Below, piece after piece: positions 11,209 through 20,778 of a stretch of 64,000 nucleotides of DNA. Where the stretch lies: assembly GCF_024223415.1 (NCBI RefSeq), contig NZ_CP100502.1. One strand, 5' to 3'. The notes under the pieces were generated by a model. The model did no database searches and was not told the DNA's origin. It was given only the letters and a program-made list of their open reading frames with translations. Numbering within the stretch: the stretch's first letter is position 1; the number at the start of each line of letters is the position of its first letter. Origin of the DNA: Escherichia coli (GTDB taxonomy: Bacteria; Pseudomonadota; Gammaproteobacteria; Enterobacterales; Enterobacteriaceae). A program made the translations under genes and the position numbers.

Positions 11209-14200
11209 ATGCCCGTTGACTTTCTGACCACTGAGCAGACTGAAAGCTATGGCAGATTCACCGGTGAACCGGATGAGCTTCAGCTGGCACGATATTTTCA
11301 CCTTGATGAAGCAGACAAGGAATTTATCGGAAAAAGCAGAGGTGATCACAACCGTCTGGGCATTGCCCTGCAAATTGGATGTGTCCGTTTTCTGGGCACC
11401 TTCCTCACCGATATGAATCATATTCCTTCCGGCGTCCGGCATTTTACCGCCAGACAGCTCGGGATTCGTGATATCACCGTTCTTGCAGAATACGGTCAGA
11501 GGGAAAATACCCGCCGTGAGCATGCAGCGCTGATACGTCAGCACTATCAGTATCGTGAATTTGCCTGGCCCTGGACATTTCGCCTTACCCGTCTTTTATA
11601 TACCCGGAGCTGGATAAGCAACGAACGTCCTGGCCTGCTTTTCGATCTGGCGACAGGGTGGCTTATGCAACATCGTATTATTCTCCCCGGAGCCACTACG
11701 CTGACCCGGTTGATTTCAGAGGTAAGGGAAAAGGCGACGTTGCGCCTGTGGAACAAACTGGCACTGATACCGTCAGCCGAACAGCGTTCACAGCTGGAGA
11801 TGCTGCTGGGGCCAACTGATTGCAGCCGCCTGTCTTTACTGGAATCACTGAAAAAGGGCCCTGTGACCATCAGTGGTCCGGCGTTTAATGAAGCAATTGA
11901 ACGCTGGAAAACTCTGAACGATTTTGGCCTGCATGCTGAAAACCTGAGTACACTCCCGGCTGTGCGCCTGAAAAATCTCGCACGTTATGCTGGTATGACT
12001 TCGGTGTTCAATATTGCCAGGATGTCACCGCAGAAAAGGATGGCGGTTCTGGTTGCCTTTGTCCTTGCATGGGAAACGCTGGCGCTGGATGATGCATTGG
12101 ACGTTCTGGACGCCATGCTGGCCGTTATCATCCGTGACGCCAGAAAGATTGGGCAGAAAAAACGGCTCCGCTCGCTGAAGGATCTGGATAAATCTGCATT
12201 GGCGCTCGCCAGCGCATGTTCGTACCTGCTGAAAGAAGAAACACCGGACGAATCGATTCGTGCTGAGGTGTTCAGCTACATCCCAAGGCAAAAGCTGGCT
12301 GAAATCATCACGCTTGTCCGTGAAATTGCCCGGCCCTCAGACGATAATTTTCATGAAGAAATGGTGGAGCAGTACGGGCGCGTTCGTCGTTTCCTGCCCC
12401 ATCTGCTGAATACCGTTAAATTTTCATCCGCACCTGCCGGGGTTACCACTCTGAATGCCTGTGACTACCTCAGCCGGGAGTTCAGCTCACGGCGGCAGTT
12501 TTTTGACGACGCACCAACGGAAATTATCAGTCGGTCATGGAAACGGCTGGTGATTAACAAGGAAAAACATATCACCCGCAGGGGATACACGCTCTGCTTT
12601 CTCAGTAAACTGCAGGATAGTCTGAGGCGGAGGGATGTCTACGTTACCGGCAGTAACCGGTGGGGAGATCCTCGTGCAAGATTACTACAGGGTGCTGACT
12701 GGCAGGCAAACCGGATTAAGGTTTATCGTTCTTTGGGGCACCCGACAGACCCGCAGGAAGCAATAAAATCTCTGGGTCATCAGCTTGATAGTCGTTACAG
12801 ACAGGTTGCTGCACGTCTTTGCGAAAATGAGGCTGTCGAACTCGATGTTTCTGGCCCGAAGCCCCGGTTGACAATTTCTCCCCTCGCCAGTCTTGATGAG
12901 CCGGACAGTCTGAAACGACTGAGCAAAATGATCAGTGATCTACTCCCTCCGGTGGATTTAACGGAGTTGCTGCTCGAAATTAACGCCCATACCGGATTTG
13001 CTGATGAGTTTTTCCATGCTAGTGAAGCCAGTGCCAGAGTTGATGATCTGCCCGTCAGCATCAGCGCCGTGCTGATGGCTGAAGCCTGCAATATCGGTCT
13101 GGAACCACTGATCAGATCAAATGTTCCTGCACTGACCCGACACCGGCTGAACTGGACAAAAGCGAACTATCTGCGGGCTGAAACTATCACCAGCGCTAAT
13201 GCCAGACTGGTTGATTTTCAGGCAACGCTGCCACTGGCACAGATATGGGGTGGAGGAGAAGTGGCATCTGCAGATGGAATGCGCTTTGTTACGCCAGTCA
13301 GAACAATCAATGCCGGACCGAACCGCAAATACTTTGGTAATAACAGAGGGATCACCTGGTACAACTTTGTGTCCGATCAGTATTCCGGCTTTCATGGCAT
13401 CGTTATACCGGGGACGCTGAGGGACTCTATCTTTGTGCTGGAAGGTCTTCTGGAACAGGAGACCGGGCTGAATCCAACCGAAATTATGACCGATACAGCA
13501 GGTGCCAGCGAACTTGTCTTTGGCCTTTTCTGGCTGCTGGGATACCAGTTTTCTCCACGCCTGGCTGATGCCGGTGCTTCGGTTTTCTGGCGAATGGACC
13601 ATGATGCCGACTATGGCGTGCTGAATGATATTGCCAGAGGGCAATCAGATCCCCGAAAAATAGTCCTTCAGTGGGACGAAATGATCCGGACCGCTGGCTC
13701 CCTGAAGCTGGGCAAAGTACAGGTTTCAGTGCTGGTCCGTTCATTGCTGAAAAGTGAACGTCCTTCCGGACTGACTCAGGCAATCATTGAAGTGGGGCGC
13801 ATCAACAAAACGCTGTATCTGCTTAATTATATTGATGATGAAGATTACCGCCGGCGCATTCTGACCCAGCTTAATCGGGGAGAAAGTCGCCATGCCGTTG
13901 CCAGAGCCATCTGTCACGGTCAAAAAGGTGAGATAAGAAAACGATATACCGACGGTCAGGAAGATCAACTGGGCACACTGGGGCTGGTCACTAACGCCGT
14001 CGTGTTATGGAACACTATTTATATGCAGGCAGCCCTGGATCATCTCCGGGCGCAGGGTGAAACACTGAATGATGAAGATATCGCACGCCTCTCCCCGCTT
14101 TGCCACGGACATATCAATATGCTCGGCCATTATTCCTTCACGCTGGCAGAACTGGTGACCAAAGGACATCTGAGACCATTAAAAGAGGCGTCAGAGGCAG

Positions 14201-14214
14201 AAAACGTTGCTTAA
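11209..14214 (+). CDS. tnpA: Tn2/Tn3 transposase
   Basis: About 1001 aa from MPVDFLTTEQTESYGRFTGEPDEL; stop codon lies inside the terminal repeat. Confidence 0.95.
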   Translation: MPVDFLTTEQTESYGRFTGEPDELQLARYFHLDEADKEFIGKSRGDHNRLGIALQIGCVRFLGTFLTDMNHIPSGVRHFTARQLGIRDITVLAEYGQRENTRREHAALIRQHYQYREFAWPWTFRLTRLLYTRSWISNERPGLLFDLATGWLMQHRIILPGATTLTRLISEVREKATLRLWNKLALIPSAEQRSQLEMLLGPTDCSRLSLLESLKKGPVTISGPAFNEAIERWKTLNDFGLHAENLSTLPAVRLKNLARYAGMTSVFNIARMSPQKRMAVLVAFVLAWETLALDDALDVLDAMLAVIIRDARKIGQKKRLRSLKDLDKSALALASACSYLLKEETPDESIRAEVFSYIPRQKLAEIITLVREIARPSDDNFHEEMVEQYGRVRRFLPHLLNTVKFSSAPAGVTTLNACDYLSREFSSRRQFFDDAPTEIISRSWKRLVINKEKHITRRGYTLCFLSKLQDSLRRRDVYVTGSNRWGDPRARLLQGADWQANRIKVYRSLGHPTDPQEAIKSLGHQLDSRYRQVAARLCENEAVELDVSGPKPRLTISPLASLDEPDSLKRLSKMISDLLPPVDLTELLLEINAHTGFADEFFHASEASARVDDLPVSISAVLMAEACNIGLEPLIRSNVPALTRHRLNWTKANYLRAETITSANARLVDFQATLPLAQIWGGGEVASADGMRFVTPVRTINAGPNRKYFGNNRGITWYNFVSDQYSGFHGIVIPGTLRDSIFVLEGLLEQETGLNPTEIMTDTAGASELVFGLFWLLGYQFSPRLADAGASVFWRMDHDADYGVLNDIARGQSDPRKIVLQWDEMIRTAGSLKLGKVQVSVLVRSLLKSERPSGLTQAIIEVGRINKTLYLLNYIDDEDYRRRILTQLNRGESRHAVARAICHGQKGEIRKRYTDGQEDQLGTLGLVTNAVVLWNTIYMQAALDHLRAQGETLNDEDIARLSPLCHGHINMLGHYSFTLAELVTKGHLRPLKEASEAENVA

Positions 14215-14247
14215 CGTGAGTTTTCGTTCCACTGAGCGTCAGACCCC
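14210..14247. repeat. Tn2/Tn3 38-bp terminal inverted repeat (IRL, tnpA end)
   Basis: CTTAACGTGAGTTTTCGTTCCACTGAGCGTCAGACCCC. Confidence 0.9.
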
Positions 14248-14252
14248 GCATA
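14248..14252. repeat. 5-bp target site duplication GCATA (right copy)
   Basis: Matches 2896-2900. Confidence 0.8.
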
Positions 14253-14660
14253 CAGCAGATTCTCCACCGCCAGACGGCACACGTCATTCAGCAGCCAGCG
14301 GTTGCTTTCGAACACCGGCCACAGCGTGTCCGGCAGGGTGAAGACCAGGTGCACCCAGTCGCAGTCAGGAAGACGATTCAGCTGTGTCGCTATCCACAGG
14401 TCTGTGGCCTTTTTTCCGCAGGACGGGCAGGCACGGCTGCCACATGAGTTAGTGACGTATCTGACGTGGGGGCACTCAGGTTTATCGCAGTTGTATTCCT
14501 TCACACCCAGTATCCGCGTGCCGCAGGCCAGCATTTTTGTGACAGCCTCAACCTCGATATCGCGCAGGCCGCCCGCATCCAGGAAGGATGTCCAGCACTG
14601 GTTGGCTGTGAACAGGCGTTTCAGCGGTCGGGGCTGAAAATCACCACCACTTCGGGTCAT
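14248..14660 (-). pseudogene. tnpA: IS91-family transposase, N-terminal zinc-binding segment of the gene split by the Tn2-bounded insertion
   Basis: CPHVRYVTNSCGSRACPSCGKK zinc-ribbon-like motif; frame joins 2100-2900 across the target duplication. Confidence 0.75.
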
Positions 14661-14913
14661 CCGCCTTCATCTCCGCTTCAGTTTCGTATAAATCAAAACG
14701 ACGGCAGGTATGGCAGAACGTGACGTATTCGTACGGTGAATCCGGGTACATTTTGTGGAAGGTTTCCCAGAAACAGACCGTACAGGAGGGATGACCGGCG
14801 ATAAAGTCTGTAAATACAGACTGATAAGGGTGATTATTGGCCCTGGCGACGGCTTTCAGAACCTCTTTCACCATTCTGGTGTGGACTTTCTGGTGCTCCA
14901 GGTTGTGTGACAT
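14641..14913 (-). CDS. Cys/His-rich ORF upstream of and overlapping the IS91-family tnpA start in another frame (upstream accessory ORF or frameshifted N-terminus)
   Basis: 90-aa ORF with HPSCTVCFWETFHKMY...CHTCRRF; overlaps tnpA by 20 nt in a different frame. Confidence 0.35.
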   Translation of the reverse strand: MSHNLEHQKVHTRMVKEVLKAVARANNHPYQSVFTDFIAGHPSCTVCFWETFHKMYPDSPYEYVTFCHTCRRFDLYETEAEMKADDPKWW

Positions 14914-15127
14914 GGGAACTCATTCTGGATGGTTACTCTGAAAGCTCATATTCTGCCACACCACGATTTGCAGCCGCCAGGCTGCCGTGGTTCATGGTTA
15001 GGTTTTGCGATAGTATATTTACGAGCTGATTAAGGTTTGGCATAGTGTGGTTCGTAAGAAAAATTACTATTATGCCTTGTCCTTAGTCAGCTTTTTTGTT
15101 TTTTGTCGTGTACAGAGAGAAGCCCCC

Positions 15128-15943
15128 ATGAATAAATCGCTCATCATTTTCGGCATCGTCAACATAACCTCGGACAGTTTCTCCGATGGAGGCCGGTATC
15201 TGGCGCCAGACGCAGCCATTGCGCAGGCGCGTAAGCTGATGGCCGAGGGGGCAGATGTGATCGACCTCGGTCCGGCATCCAGCAATCCCGACGCCGCGCC
15301 TGTTTCGTCCGACACAGAAATCGCGCGTATCGCGCCGGTGCTGGACGCGCTCAAGGCAGATGGCATTCCCGTCTCGCTCGACAGTTATCAACCCGCGACG
15401 CAAGCCTATGCCTTGTCGCGTGGTGTGGCCTATCTCAATGATATTCGCGGTTTTCCAGACGCTGCGTTCTATCCGCAATTGGCGAAATCATCTGCCAAAC
15501 TCGTCGTTATGCATTCGGTGCAAGACGGGCAGGCAGATCGGCGCGAGGCACCCGCTGGCGACATCATGGATCACATTGCGGCGTTCTTTGACGCGCGCAT
15601 CGCGGCGCTGACGGGTGCCGGTATCAAACGCAACCGCCTTGTCCTTGATCCCGGCATGGGGTTTTTTCTGGGGGCTGCTCCCGAAACCTCGCTCTCGGTG
15701 CTGGCGCGGTTCGATGAATTGCGGCTGCGCTTCGATTTGCCGGTGCTTCTGTCTGTTTCGCGCAAATCCTTTCTGCGCGCGCTCACAGGCCGTGGTCCGG
15801 GGGATGTCGGGGCCGCGACACTCGCTGCAGAGCTTGCCGCCGCCGCAGGTGGAGCTGACTTCATCCGCACACACGAGCCGCGCCCCTTGCGCGACGGGCT
15901 GGCGGTATTGGCGGCGCTGAAAGAAACCGCAAGAATTCGTTAA
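15128..15943 (+). CDS. sul2: Sulfonamide-resistant dihydropteroate synthase Sul2
   Basis: 271 aa from MNKSLIIFGIVNITSDSFSDGGRYLAPDAAIAQARKLMAEGADVIDLG. Confidence 0.95.
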   Translation: MNKSLIIFGIVNITSDSFSDGGRYLAPDAAIAQARKLMAEGADVIDLGPASSNPDAAPVSSDTEIARIAPVLDALKADGIPVSLDSYQPATQAYALSRGVAYLNDIRGFPDAAFYPQLAKSSAKLVVMHSVQDGQADRREAPAGDIMDHIAAFFDARIAALTGAGIKRNRLVLDPGMGFFLGAAPETSLSVLARFDELRLRFDLPVLLSVSRKSFLRALTGRGPGDVGAATLAAELAAAAGGADFIRTHEPRPLRDGLAVLAALKETARIR

Positions 15944-16029
15944 CTGCACATTCGGGATATTTCTCTATATTCGCGGTTCAGCAGGCATGTCCCCTTTGAG
16001 GGCGACCCGACGACAGGATAATCGACCTT

Positions 16030-16275
16030 ATGGTGCGCAAATATTTCGGCACAGACGGTATTCGTGGCAAAGCCAACGAAGGCGCGATGACGGCGGAAAC
16101 CGCCTTGCGCGTCGGCATGGCGGCTGGCCGTGTCTTTCGTCGCGGTGACCACCGCCATCGTGTCGTGATCGGCAAGGATACGCGCCTGTCGGGCTATATG
16201 CTTGAACCCGCGCTCACAGCCGGTTTCACCTCGATGGGCATGGACGTATTCCTTTTTGGCCCGCTGCCGACAACG
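16030..16275 (+). pseudogene. glmM: Truncated phosphoglucosamine mutase fragment, the usual sul2-associated relic
   Basis: [36 protein letters not shown]... then loss of similarity. Confidence 0.8.
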
Positions 16276-16507
16276 TATAGGAAGAATAAACGCCCTTTTC
16301 ACCCAAGTCCAACAGCTTTGGACCGCAGTTGACTCTTTCGACACCCCTGCGATGCAACCCAATCCGGCTGACGGGGAGCCAGCAACGCTGAAAATTTACC
16401 CTCCTCTTTCCCACTAGCGGCTCCTTTTCCGACAACCAGCACGGCGGATCCCTGCCGCGGCGCTGTGAACGCAGCATTTTGATTGGTATCGTTGGCCTTC
16501 AGGCTCG

Positions 16508-17644
16508 TCAGTCAAACAGACCCAGGAGCAGCTCAGCCGGTGGCGCCCGGCTTTCGGGTAACGCCCTGGTCCCGCTGGTTTCGGCTTTGTGCTTCAGGTG
16601 ATCAAGGATCTGCTTGATCACTATAGGGTCTTCAATGCAGGCGATGACTTTCATGGCGCCGCCGCAGCCGCTGCAGGTCTCGATGTCGATATTGAAAACA
16701 CGCTTGAGCCGTTGCGCCCATGTCATCGACGCTCGCCGTTGTGCTGGTGTTGCCGGTTCATCAGCCACCCTGACCTTGTTGCCCCTGCCCCGTTTTGCCG
16801 GCGTGACCAACGCCCGGTGCCGACTGTTGGGTGCGAACACCCCGTGGAAGCGGGTTAGGTTGACTCTGGGCTTCGGTACCAGGGCGGCCAGCCTTGCAAT
16901 GAAATCCAATGGTTCGAAAATGACGTGCGTGGTGCCGTCCCGGTACGGCGTCTTGAGCTGGTAGCGCACGTTGCCGCCTCGTGTTAACGACAGCCGCTTC
17001 TCGGATACCGCCGGGCGGCTGATGTACCGGCACAGCCGTTCGAGCTTCTTGCGTTCATCGGCCCTGGCCGCCACGCCGGCGTGCAGGCTGGACCCGGCTA
17101 CCTTGCCAATCCCGTCACCGAACGGATCACCACTGGTCGGCAGAGTTTGCAAAGTGAACACCTTTCGCCCCGCCTGTGAACCGACAGCGATACGGTAAGT
17201 GATCGAGTGCCCCAGCAGGGGTGTCATCGGGTCGTCATCCACCGCATCCGAGGCCAGATAGCTGTTTTCGACATCCCGTTCCAGCAGGCCTTGCCGTTCC
17301 AGATAGCGACCCACCCGGTGGGCGATGGTGTGCGTCAGCTGGGTGAGCTCTGGGGTGGTCGGCGCCTTGACCCAGCGGAAACGCGCTGAGCCGTGGGATT
17401 GCTCGACATACACACCGTCGAGAAACAGCATGTGGAAGTGAACATTCAGATTGAGCGCCGATCCAAAACGCTGGATCAGGGTGACCGCGCCCGTCTTGGC
17501 CACTTGGTGGGTATGGCCCGCTTTCTTGACCAGGTGCGTGGCAATGACGCGGTAAACGATGCCCAGCACCCACCCCATGATCTCGGGCCGGCTGGCAAAC
17601 AGGAAACGCAGCTGAAACGGGAAGCTCAACACCCACTGACGCAT
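16508..17644 (-). CDS. IS91-family ISCR2-like transposase, probably lacking the N-terminal zinc-binding region
   Basis: 378-aa ORF with HFH (HUH) and YxxxY motifs and ISCR-type C-terminus IDIETCSGCGGAMKVIACIEDPIVIKQILDHL; adjacent to sul2 and truncated glmM. Confidence 0.7.
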   Translation of the reverse strand: MRQWVLSFPFQLRFLFASRPEIMGWVLGIVYRVIATHLVKKAGHTHQVAKTGAVTLIQRFGSALNLNVHFHMLFLDGVYVEQSHGSARFRWVKAPTTPELTQLTHTIAHRVGRYLERQGLLERDVENSYLASDAVDDDPMTPLLGHSITYRIAVGSQAGRKVFTLQTLPTSGDPFGDGIGKVAGSSLHAGVAARADERKKLERLCRYISRPAVSEKRLSLTRGGNVRYQLKTPYRDGTTHVIFEPLDFIARLAALVPKPRVNLTRFHGVFAPNSRHRALVTPAKRGRGNKVRVADEPATPAQRRASMTWAQRLKRVFNIDIETCSGCGGAMKVIACIEDPIVIKQILDHLKHKAETSGTRALPESRAPPAELLLGLFD

Positions 17645-17971
17645 GGGTTGTTCGTCCTGGACGGCGAACCCGGCAAAGCTCCTGTAACATTGCTTCTTCC
17701 TGTTTTGTTAGCGTGACTGTCACGCTAGCGCCTTCCTCTTTGAGTCGCGCGCGGCGCCGGGCCTGGCGAATACGGGCTTGTTCACGCTGTCGGTCATTCA
17801 TATTTTTCCTCCACGTGACTGTCACGTTGAATTAAACTGGGCATTACCCCTGCGGGGCCGTTCTGCCGTGCTGCGCATCGAGCCGCTACGCGTCTCGCCC
17901 CTTCGGGCGGCGGCCACTAATGCCTCCGGCCTGCGGCCTCCGCGCTTCGCTTGTGACGATATCTGAATCGT

Positions 17972-17988
17972 TATATACTGTGTATATA
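17972..17988. promoter_or_regulatory. Palindromic operator-like site TATATAC-N3-GTATATA upstream of the toxin-antitoxin operon
   Basis: Perfect 7-bp inverted arms about 25 bp upstream of the antitoxin start. Confidence 0.4.
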
Positions 17989-18010
17989 CGTAGTAATGAC
18001 GAGGTGATAA

Positions 18011-18280
18011 ATGGCACAGGTTAATATGAGTTTAAGAATCGACGCTGAACTGAAGGATGCTTTTATGGCCGCTGCAAAAAGCATGGACCGTAATGGCTCT
18101 CAGTTAATTCGGGATTTTATGCGCCAGACCGTTGAACGGCAGCATAATACCTGGTTCCGTGACCAGGTTGAGGCAGGACGTCAGCAACTCGAGCGCGGCG
18201 ATGTGCTTCCCCATGACATGGTCGAATCTTCCGCTGCTGCATGGCGGGATGAAATGAGCAGGAAGGTTGCCGGTAAATGA
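18011..18280 (+). CDS. Antitoxin, ParD/RelB-like (YacA-like of IncI plasmids)
   Basis: 89-aa ORF with ribbon-helix-helix-like N-terminus; 4-nt overlap with downstream toxin gene. Confidence 0.7.
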   Translation: MAQVNMSLRIDAELKDAFMAAAKSMDRNGSQLIRDFMRQTVERQHNTWFRDQVEAGRQQLERGDVLPHDMVESSAAAWRDEMSRKVAGK

Positions 18281-18558
18281 TGGAGATATTCTGGACCATG
18301 CTGGCCAGCCAGGACAGGAAGCGCATTCGTAAGTACATTGCGGAGCAGAACCTGATGGCCGCCATTGAACTGGACGAACGGATTGGTTATTCAGCCAGCA
18401 GCCTGGCCGGGCAGCCGTATAAAGGCCGCAACGGTCGTGTGGAAGGTACCCGGGAACTGGTTATTCACCCGCATTTTGTTCTGGTTTATGAGGTCGACAG
18501 CCAGTGGGGAAAAGTGTATATCCTGCGCGTGTTGCATACTGCACAGAAGTGGCCATAG
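18277..18558 (+). CDS. Toxin, RelE/ParE superfamily (YacB-like)
   Basis: 93-aa ORF translationally coupled to the antitoxin; typical RelE/ParE size and composition. Confidence 0.7.
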   Translation: MMEIFWTMLASQDRKRIRKYIAEQNLMAAIELDERIGYSASSLAGQPYKGRNGRVEGTRELVIHPHFVLVYEVDSQWGKVYILRVLHTAQKWP

Positions 18559-18597
18559 AGGGGCTGTCCGGATATAAGGAAAGGAGATGCAATAACC

Positions 18598-19446
18598 ATG
18601 AATAATGATGAGCTGGCCACCAGACGTGCGCAGGCGATTGCCGAAGACAGGTGTTTCTCGAAAGGACGTTTGCGCGATGAATTCAGAATGAAACCAGCCC
18701 CCGGTGCTGAGCCGGTTAAGTGGTATAAAAATAGTTATGGTGGCAGGTTCGCTGTATACCGAATTGCAGACTGTGTTCCGATGCGTGAGAAACGCCCTCT
18801 GACGAGTAAACAACAGCTGGCTGGCCAGCGGCTTTCCGTTTTATCCCGACTAAACAGCACCAGTGGCCGGATGGCACGGCAGGCATATGACTGGCTGAGT
18901 CTGGCACCACTCTTTCTGGATACTGAAACGACAGGACTGGATAATACCGCGGAAGCCCTGGAAATCGGCCTGACCGATGCGGCCGGTCAGGTGGTATTTG
19001 AAACCAGGCTGAAGCCCACGGTCGCCATCGGGGCGCAGGCCGCCGCCGTGCATGGTATCAGTGAGCAGGCTCTCTGCGGCGCACCATCATGGACAGATGT
19101 GGCGCGGCAACTGCGTCATGCAATCGGGGACCGACCAGTAATTATCTTTAATGCCCGGTTCGACATCCGCATTCTGAAACAGACTGCTGCCGCACATAGC
19201 GATCCGGCTGACTGGCTGGAAGAACTGACGGTATATTGTGCGATGGAGCTGGCTGCAGGATATTATGGGGCCACCAACCGCTATGGCACGATTTCACTGG
19301 CCTGTGCTGCCAGTCAGGCCGGACTGACCTGGGAAGGGCAGGCACACTCAGCGATCGCCGACGCACGGATGACGGCAGGGGTGGTAAACGCTATTGCTGC
19401 ATATCATCTGGAACTGCTGCAGGAACAGGCACGGCTGAAAATCTGA
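18598..19446 (+). CDS. DEDD-family 3'-5' exonuclease (DnaQ-like) with N-terminal extension
   Basis: Exo I motif FLDTETTGL; 282 aa; strong SD AAGGAGA. Confidence 0.75.
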   Translation: MNNDELATRRAQAIAEDRCFSKGRLRDEFRMKPAPGAEPVKWYKNSYGGRFAVYRIADCVPMREKRPLTSKQQLAGQRLSVLSRLNSTSGRMARQAYDWLSLAPLFLDTETTGLDNTAEALEIGLTDAAGQVVFETRLKPTVAIGAQAAAVHGISEQALCGAPSWTDVARQLRHAIGDRPVIIFNARFDIRILKQTAAAHSDPADWLEELTVYCAMELAAGYYGATNRYGTISLACAASQAGLTWEGQAHSAIADARMTAGVVNAIAAYHLELLQEQARLKI

Positions 19447-19517
19447 CCGCCTGGCCTGTATACCGCAATCATTTACGTTATCCAGACGTAAATCCGCCGC
19501 TTGTTGCTGTCAGCATG

Positions 19518-19549
19518 TTAATGCTAATGTATGTGTACATTAGCATTAA
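19518..19549. repeat. 32-bp perfect palindrome TTAATGCTAATGTAT-GTG-TACATTAGCATTAA (copy 1)
   Basis: Read directly; near-identical copy at 20069-20108. Confidence 0.8.
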
Positions 19550-19562
19550 TGAGGGATGATAT

Positions 19563-20036
19563 GTGAGAGACAAAACCAGGGAGGCCATGCGGCTTTTTTT
19601 AGGCGGCAGGTGCTACACGGCTGAAAAACTTGAAAAGGATTATCTGGCTGAAGTGGCTAATTACAGTAACGACCGCTGGGAAGCACCGCAACGTGCCTCA
19701 CGCCTGGCTGCCAGCGTAAAGCGTTACAAGACATCAGAAATGCTGCGCTTTATTTTTGCTACCATTGCCTACGATCCCGATCCAGATTTAACCCCGCTAA
19801 CTGTGAGACGTTTGTGCAAGGCATTGTTCGGCAGAACCGGAAGCCAGTGGCTGGTTGTTGAAGTTTTTGGGGAGAAGGGGCGTCAGCACCGCAGCGCGGA
19901 CAGCAATCCGGAGATGGTGGAAAAAATGGCTGCCAGATATCGTCATGCCGCCGAACTACACTGGTCCGCAACGCTGGCAGAAATTGAACGGGTAAAGCGG
20001 CTTTATCAGACGAAAATTAAGAAATCCAAAAAATAA
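19563..20036 (+). CDS. Hypothetical protein bracketed by two copies of a long palindrome
   Basis: 157-aa ORF (GTG, or ATG at 19587); no recognisable domain. Confidence 0.5.
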   Translation: MRDKTREAMRLFLGGRCYTAEKLEKDYLAEVANYSNDRWEAPQRASRLAASVKRYKTSEMLRFIFATIAYDPDPDLTPLTVRRLCKALFGRTGSQWLVVEVFGEKGRQHRSADSNPEMVEKMAARYRHAAELHWSATLAEIERVKRLYQTKIKKSKK

Positions 20037-20068
20037 GTGGGTTGACTGCCATTGTTGTTCTTCTCCTT

Positions 20069-20108
20069 CATCATTAATGTTAATGTATGCATACATTAGC
20101 ATTAATGA
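20069..20108. repeat. Near-perfect palindrome (copy 2) downstream of the 19563-20036 ORF
   Basis: TCATTAATGTTAATGTATGCATACATTAGCATTAATGATG. Confidence 0.8.
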
Positions 20109-20170
20109 TGGTGCGTTAAAGTATCACTGGTATAATCTGGTAAAGAACATATTGAGAATGAGAACTTATC

Positions 20171-20404
20171 ATGTCGTCACGCAACTCTGTACATGATTTT
20201 ATAATGCTGCTCCCGGCGCTGCTGTTGGTTGGGTGGTTAGTTTTGGTGATAATTCTCATGTTTAGGGATGATAAATGTGACAAAACTTACCGTGAAGGTT
20301 CGTTTCCCGAATTTATTTGTCTCCATTCTGATCGCTCGTCACTTCGAGAAACCGATTCTGAGAGACTCATTGTCAAATATACAGAAATAAAATCACAAAA
20401 ATAG
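20171..20404 (+). CDS. Small predicted membrane protein (uncertain)
   Basis: 77-aa ORF with hydrophobic N-terminal helix; AT-rich; weak SD. Confidence 0.3.
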   Translation: MSSRNSVHDFIMLLPALLLVGWLVLVIILMFRDDKCDKTYREGSFPEFICLHSDRSSLRETDSERLIVKYTEIKSQK

Positions 20405-20778
20405 GTAAAACCAATAATACTATAGCTAAAAAATAGTTACTTTTCTGTATCACCCTGTCTCTCTCTGCTTTTTCATGGCTACTGTCATATTTATGTCTGT
20501 TGCGCGGTTTTGTTACTTTTTCATGACCGAACCCGAAATTTTGCGCGTCAATAAGAGACGTTGTGTAAACTCAGTCCTTTTATCTGGCAGGTTAACCCCT
20601 ATCAATCTTAGGATGAAACCACGCCATCCTCTGTTTGCCTGGTTATTAATTTCATAAAGACGATTGTTTTCCTCTCGTAGTTTTGTCCACTCTAAACAAA
20701 GTGTTATATCATCCAGTTCTGTGATGTGTTTCACTTTTCCATTGACAGTTACAGTGTTTATTCCATTTCCTGTGAGCA

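Noticed and set aside
16589-17033. Plus-strand ORFs inside the ISCR2-like transposase region
   Set aside because: Antisense to the transposase, which has clear HUH and tyrosine motifs
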